DNA from: Aplysia californica
Taxonomy: Eukaryota
Direction of reading: 5' to 3'
Length of the DNA stretch: 64,000 bases
Assembly: GCF_000002075.1 (NCBI RefSeq)
Contig: NW_004797419.1
Coordinates: forward strand, 741,487 to 805,486
Part shown: positions 63,401-64,000 of the stretch, piece after piece
Layout of the letters: every line of letters begins with the position of its first letter
Numbering within the stretch: the stretch's first letter is position 1
Notes under the pieces: generated by a model
The model's database searches: none
The model's input: only the letters and a program-made list of their open reading frames with translations
What the model was told of the DNA's origin: nothing
Program-made: the position numbers and the translations under genes

Positions 63401-63470
63401 TGCAGCGTGCCAGAGGCCTTGCTCTAACTTGTATGCAGACAATGCAGGGTCCAGAATTTTCTCTTTTCCG
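34047..63470 (+). CDS. Uncharacterised multi-exon protein-coding gene (about 600 aa here, Ser/Cys/His-rich, probably disordered; 3' end may lie beyond the window)
   Basis: 15 GT-AG exons join in one open frame: 34047-34148, 37015-37092, 38437-38529/38535, 39900-39951, 43452-43604, 46436-46478, 47045-47176, 48395-48440, 49315-49393, 51453-51501, 55542-55606, 56505-56654, 57436-57646, 60747-60920, 63110-63470. The start is uncertain (34047, or gccATG at 39912). No family recognised. Confidence 0.78.
34762..35556. mobile_element. Tigger/pogo-like MITE
   Basis: TA TSD; 25-bp TIR CAGTGGG(T/A)GTC(A/G)CATTCAACGAGGT. Confidence 0.88.
36165..36657. mobile_element. Tigger/pogo-like MITE
   Basis: TA TSD; TIR CAGTGGAAACC..ATATAACAGG. 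Confidence 0.82.
37015..37092 (+). CDS. gene 2 exon (DQQGKCNDGKPRKSSKDKKEGTLRTY)
   Basis: tttcatctag / gtatgt, phase 0->0. Confidence 0.55.
38437..38535 (+). CDS. gene 2 exon (TLRSGRGVSHIPKAQDYKRETTGTITQHRLT[VP])
   Basis: caccag acceptor; only frame 0 is open; tandem donors after 38529 (gtaccg) and 38535 (gtatgt). Confidence 0.5.
38740..39191 (-). mobile_element. MITE family A copy
   Basis: reverse complement of copy 1. Confidence 0.78.
39900..39951 (+). CDS. gene 2 exon (RQYAMLANAKSSDWVKR)
   Basis: ctttcag / gtagga, phase 0->1. Confidence 0.7.
40190..40867. mobile_element. piggyBac-like MITE
   Basis: TTAA TSD; perfect 14-bp TIR CTCACTCAATCCCG. Confidence 0.88.
41381..42637 (+). mobile_element. 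hAT non-autonomous element with three tandem ~265-bp copies of its left end
   Basis: TIR CAGGGTTGG; perfect 8-bp TSD CTCACATT (41373-41380 / 42638-42645); units start at 41381, 41650 and 41913. Confidence 0.92.
42352..42408. repeat. (AT)n microsatellite inside the hAT element
   Basis: direct. Confidence 0.95.
43452..43604 (+). CDS. gene 2 exon (QIPESESVKKMVDLDMQKILTMADHLRQGENVNTAHPQPALAVVSCPASP)
   Basis: ttttcag / gtaagt, phase 1->1. Confidence 0.8.
44600..45526. mobile_element. piggyBac-like MITE
   Basis: TTAA TSD; TIR CTCACTTCAGACGG / CTCACTTGCGACTGG. Confidence 0.75.
45590..45720 (-). mobile_element. Nin-domain-like SINE fragment
   Basis: GGGATCTTTAACATGCAC...CACATGGGGCCTC resembles the antisense Nin core as recalled (GAGGTCCCGTGTG..GCACGTTAAAGA.CCC). 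Confidence 0.5.
46436..46478 (+). CDS. gene 2 exon (AGASVPEVCQTDL)
   Basis: ttgcag / gtatgc, phase 1->2; needed to bridge the phases of its neighbours. Confidence 0.7.
47045..47176 (+). CDS. gene 2 exon (LQNNKGNNFEKLLVPSNCLEKGPESMTPETGTGTKQTPGDSGF)
   Basis: gtttag / gtatgc, phase 2->2. Confidence 0.78.
47926..48363 (-). mobile_element. MITE family A copy
   Basis: reverse complement of copy 1; ends 31 nt before the exon at 48395. Confidence 0.8.
48395..48440 (+). CDS. gene 2 exon (AASQRSVPMGDDIET)
   Basis: ttttcag / gtaagt, phase 2->0. Confidence 0.78.
48520..49078 (+). mobile_element. mollusc-type SINE with (GAA)n tail
   Basis: TTGAAATCGGAGTGTGGCTGCCT...CACATACATAAAAATC...GGGATTTAGCAG..GAAGAAGAA 3' block; 5' boundary approximate. 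Confidence 0.45.
49315..49393 (+). CDS. gene 2 exon (KAVIKPIAGGMLKEPKANVFKMFGKR)
   Basis: ctttcag / gtaaga, phase 0->1. Confidence 0.78.
49464..49962 (+). mobile_element. 5'-truncated I/Nimb-clade LINE 3' end
   Basis: RRDKVIFTRLHIKHTALMHKYLLQEDEKPFCVGCDTDFTIRHILTEC (CCHC knuckle), ILDFMKAIGLY; 12-bp TSD TAAAAGTGCAGT at 49452-49463 and 49963-49974. Confidence 0.9.
50090..51351 (-). mobile_element. degenerate mariner transposon (transposase pseudogene)
   Basis: Minus-strand relics: YGENVM..W..F, PRAGCP, DTLIQEDR..I.EIA, LEHVIKGKKT*LRHNTPE (decayed IVTGDETWV), WDVKGV, IILQQDYCSLHTA (HDNARPH), HPTVSPDLVLSDFHL (YSPDLAPSD); boundaries approximate. Confidence 0.85.
51453..51501 (+). CDS. gene 2 exon (YGCECRQEVKKCWQQ)
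   Basis: atttcag / gttaaa, phase 1->2. Confidence 0.7.
52607..52845. repeat. interspersed repeat shared with 26877-27322 (internally shorter)
   Basis: same blocks as 26877-27322. Confidence 0.7.
54350..54750 (+). mobile_element. RTE/BovB-like LINE 3' relic
   Basis: TGPLEDLLTT...RLKWYGHI...AKTI..RRR.RQRKK..WTGLKL. Confidence 0.7.
55542..55606 (+). CDS. gene 2 exon (KCSRTFHLNHTGRRSPLSDEY)
   Basis: tttccag / gtatgg, phase 2->1. Confidence 0.75.
56505..56654 (+). CDS. gene 2 exon (PVSALSSCRVYSMRTQSQGDVLTGTNYEDKPQFFFGTPTCSGPESSIFL)
   Basis: gtttcag / gtaagt, phase 1->1. Confidence 0.8.
57436..57646 (+). CDS. gene 2 exon (ATATSYSMDSSQSIEPAINICINPEDMELDQDDDGDKDSGLSLAKYNAFIASAKKLEAEQQALRHMQEH)
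   Basis: atccag / gtaagt, phase 1->2; lies within ORF 57399..57650. Confidence 0.85.
57690..58323. mobile_element. hAT-like MITE right end with an internal piggyBac-like terminus
   Basis: Ends AGTGGCAGGTCTG as at 60447; ATCCCGATTTT subterminal repeats; internal GTCGGGGACCAACGG-TTAA at ~58084-58102. Confidence 0.5.
58443..60447. mobile_element. hAT-like element (TIR CAGACCT(A/G)CCACT) containing a decayed piggyBac
   Basis: TIRs at both ends but no clear TSD; TTAA-CCCTTTCG at 58465; minus-strand piggyBac-like relics FKG..FK.Q.PK..G..KL, IDQ..SYSV, LE.A..NS and a Cys-rich tail. Confidence 0.55.
60747..60920 (+). CDS. gene 2 exon (LHGKEISGTRDDWSLAGHQRSLTGSQNFLGQEGSRFGLHSSNGKVFTQTSALSYPSF)
   Basis: cctcag / gtgaga, phase 2->2. 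Confidence 0.8.
61862..62123. mobile_element. small piggyBac-like MITE (262 bp)
   Basis: TTAA TSD; TIR CTCTTTATCTC(C/T)GA. Confidence 0.85.
62880..62932 (+). mobile_element. I/Nimb-type 3' terminal stem-loop tail
   Basis: GGCGCTCATGTGACCTTATGCAGTTGCGAGTGCCGTAAA is nearly identical to 49906-49942. Confidence 0.7.
63110..63470 (+). CDS. gene 2 exon, Cys/His-rich (VVSHGAPRTF...DCCDHHCLCPLHHW...RIFSFP)
   Basis: ttacag acceptor, phase 2; donor gtaatg after 63470, or read-through to the stop at 63554 (ORF 63111..63554). Confidence 0.8.
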
Positions 63471-64000
63471 GTAATGAAAGTTAACACCCCCCGTCCCATT
63501 TTTATACTTTATCAATTTTGTGCTCCTGTACGAAGTTTTTTCTTTAAAAAATAATAAATTTGGTAATCGTGAGGGTTTGAAAGCTCCTCAACTTATAAGG
63601 ATGGTAGGCCTACCTTGACATCTCTACAAACTAGAAAGATTGCAAGAGATTGGGAGATTGGGAAGTTTATTTTGCTTGTCTTTTTCAGATGTTGAAGTGC
63701 AGGCTTTTTGATAATTCTGATACAGAATTACTGTTCTGGATTTTAGGAATAGTTTGGTTATTCAGGTTAATATTTATTCATTTCATGAAGTAGTCTTTTA
63801 AGTTTGCATCTGACTCTGTGTCTGTAAATTTCAGTAATAGAAGTCAGTTGCTTTTAGAAAGGTTTAATCCAAGTCCAAGTTTCTTTGAAATATTGAAATA
63901 TAATGAGAAAGAAATTCTTCTCTGTAAGAAGCGGAAAACACAAGCAGTATATATAAATTGTACAGGAAACTAAAATTTGTACAAAGATCCAGTCTCTAAA

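Noticed and set aside
63171-63515. Overlapping antisense and alternative-frame ORFs
   Set aside because: They are shadows of the plus-strand exon; only the 63111 frame matches the upstream splice phase.

Overview
AT-rich, intron- and repeat-dense animal genomic DNA with six N-gaps. A mollusc, possibly a gastropod, is inferred from the SINE types and the (TTAGGG)n telomere-type repeats. Two divergently transcribed spliced genes were assembled by hand. (1) A complete 10-coding-exon RSPH14/RTDR1 (radial spoke head 14, ARM-repeat) gene lies on the minus strand, CDS 22974->2544, 340 aa, with an RFX X-box plus forkhead motif just upstream of the ATG. (2) An unidentified plus-strand gene has 15 phase-compatible GT-AG exons (34047->63470 or beyond, about 600 aa, low-complexity, no domain recognised). 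The rest is transposon debris: RTE and I/Nimb LINE fragments with TSDs, relics of mariner, pogo-like DDE-PHD and piggyBac transposases, many TTAA- and TA-flanked MITEs, hAT MITEs, SINE pieces and microsatellites. The most notable observations are: a pervasive set of 6-bp palindromic insertions at TA sites (TAGATCTA, TAGGCCTA, TACATGTA, TACCGGTA), shown to be insertions by comparing related copies, one of which moves a putative splice donor in frame; a telomere-repeat MITE inserted into itself three levels deep; and an inverted ~1-kb MITE pair bracketing RSPH14 exons 2-3.
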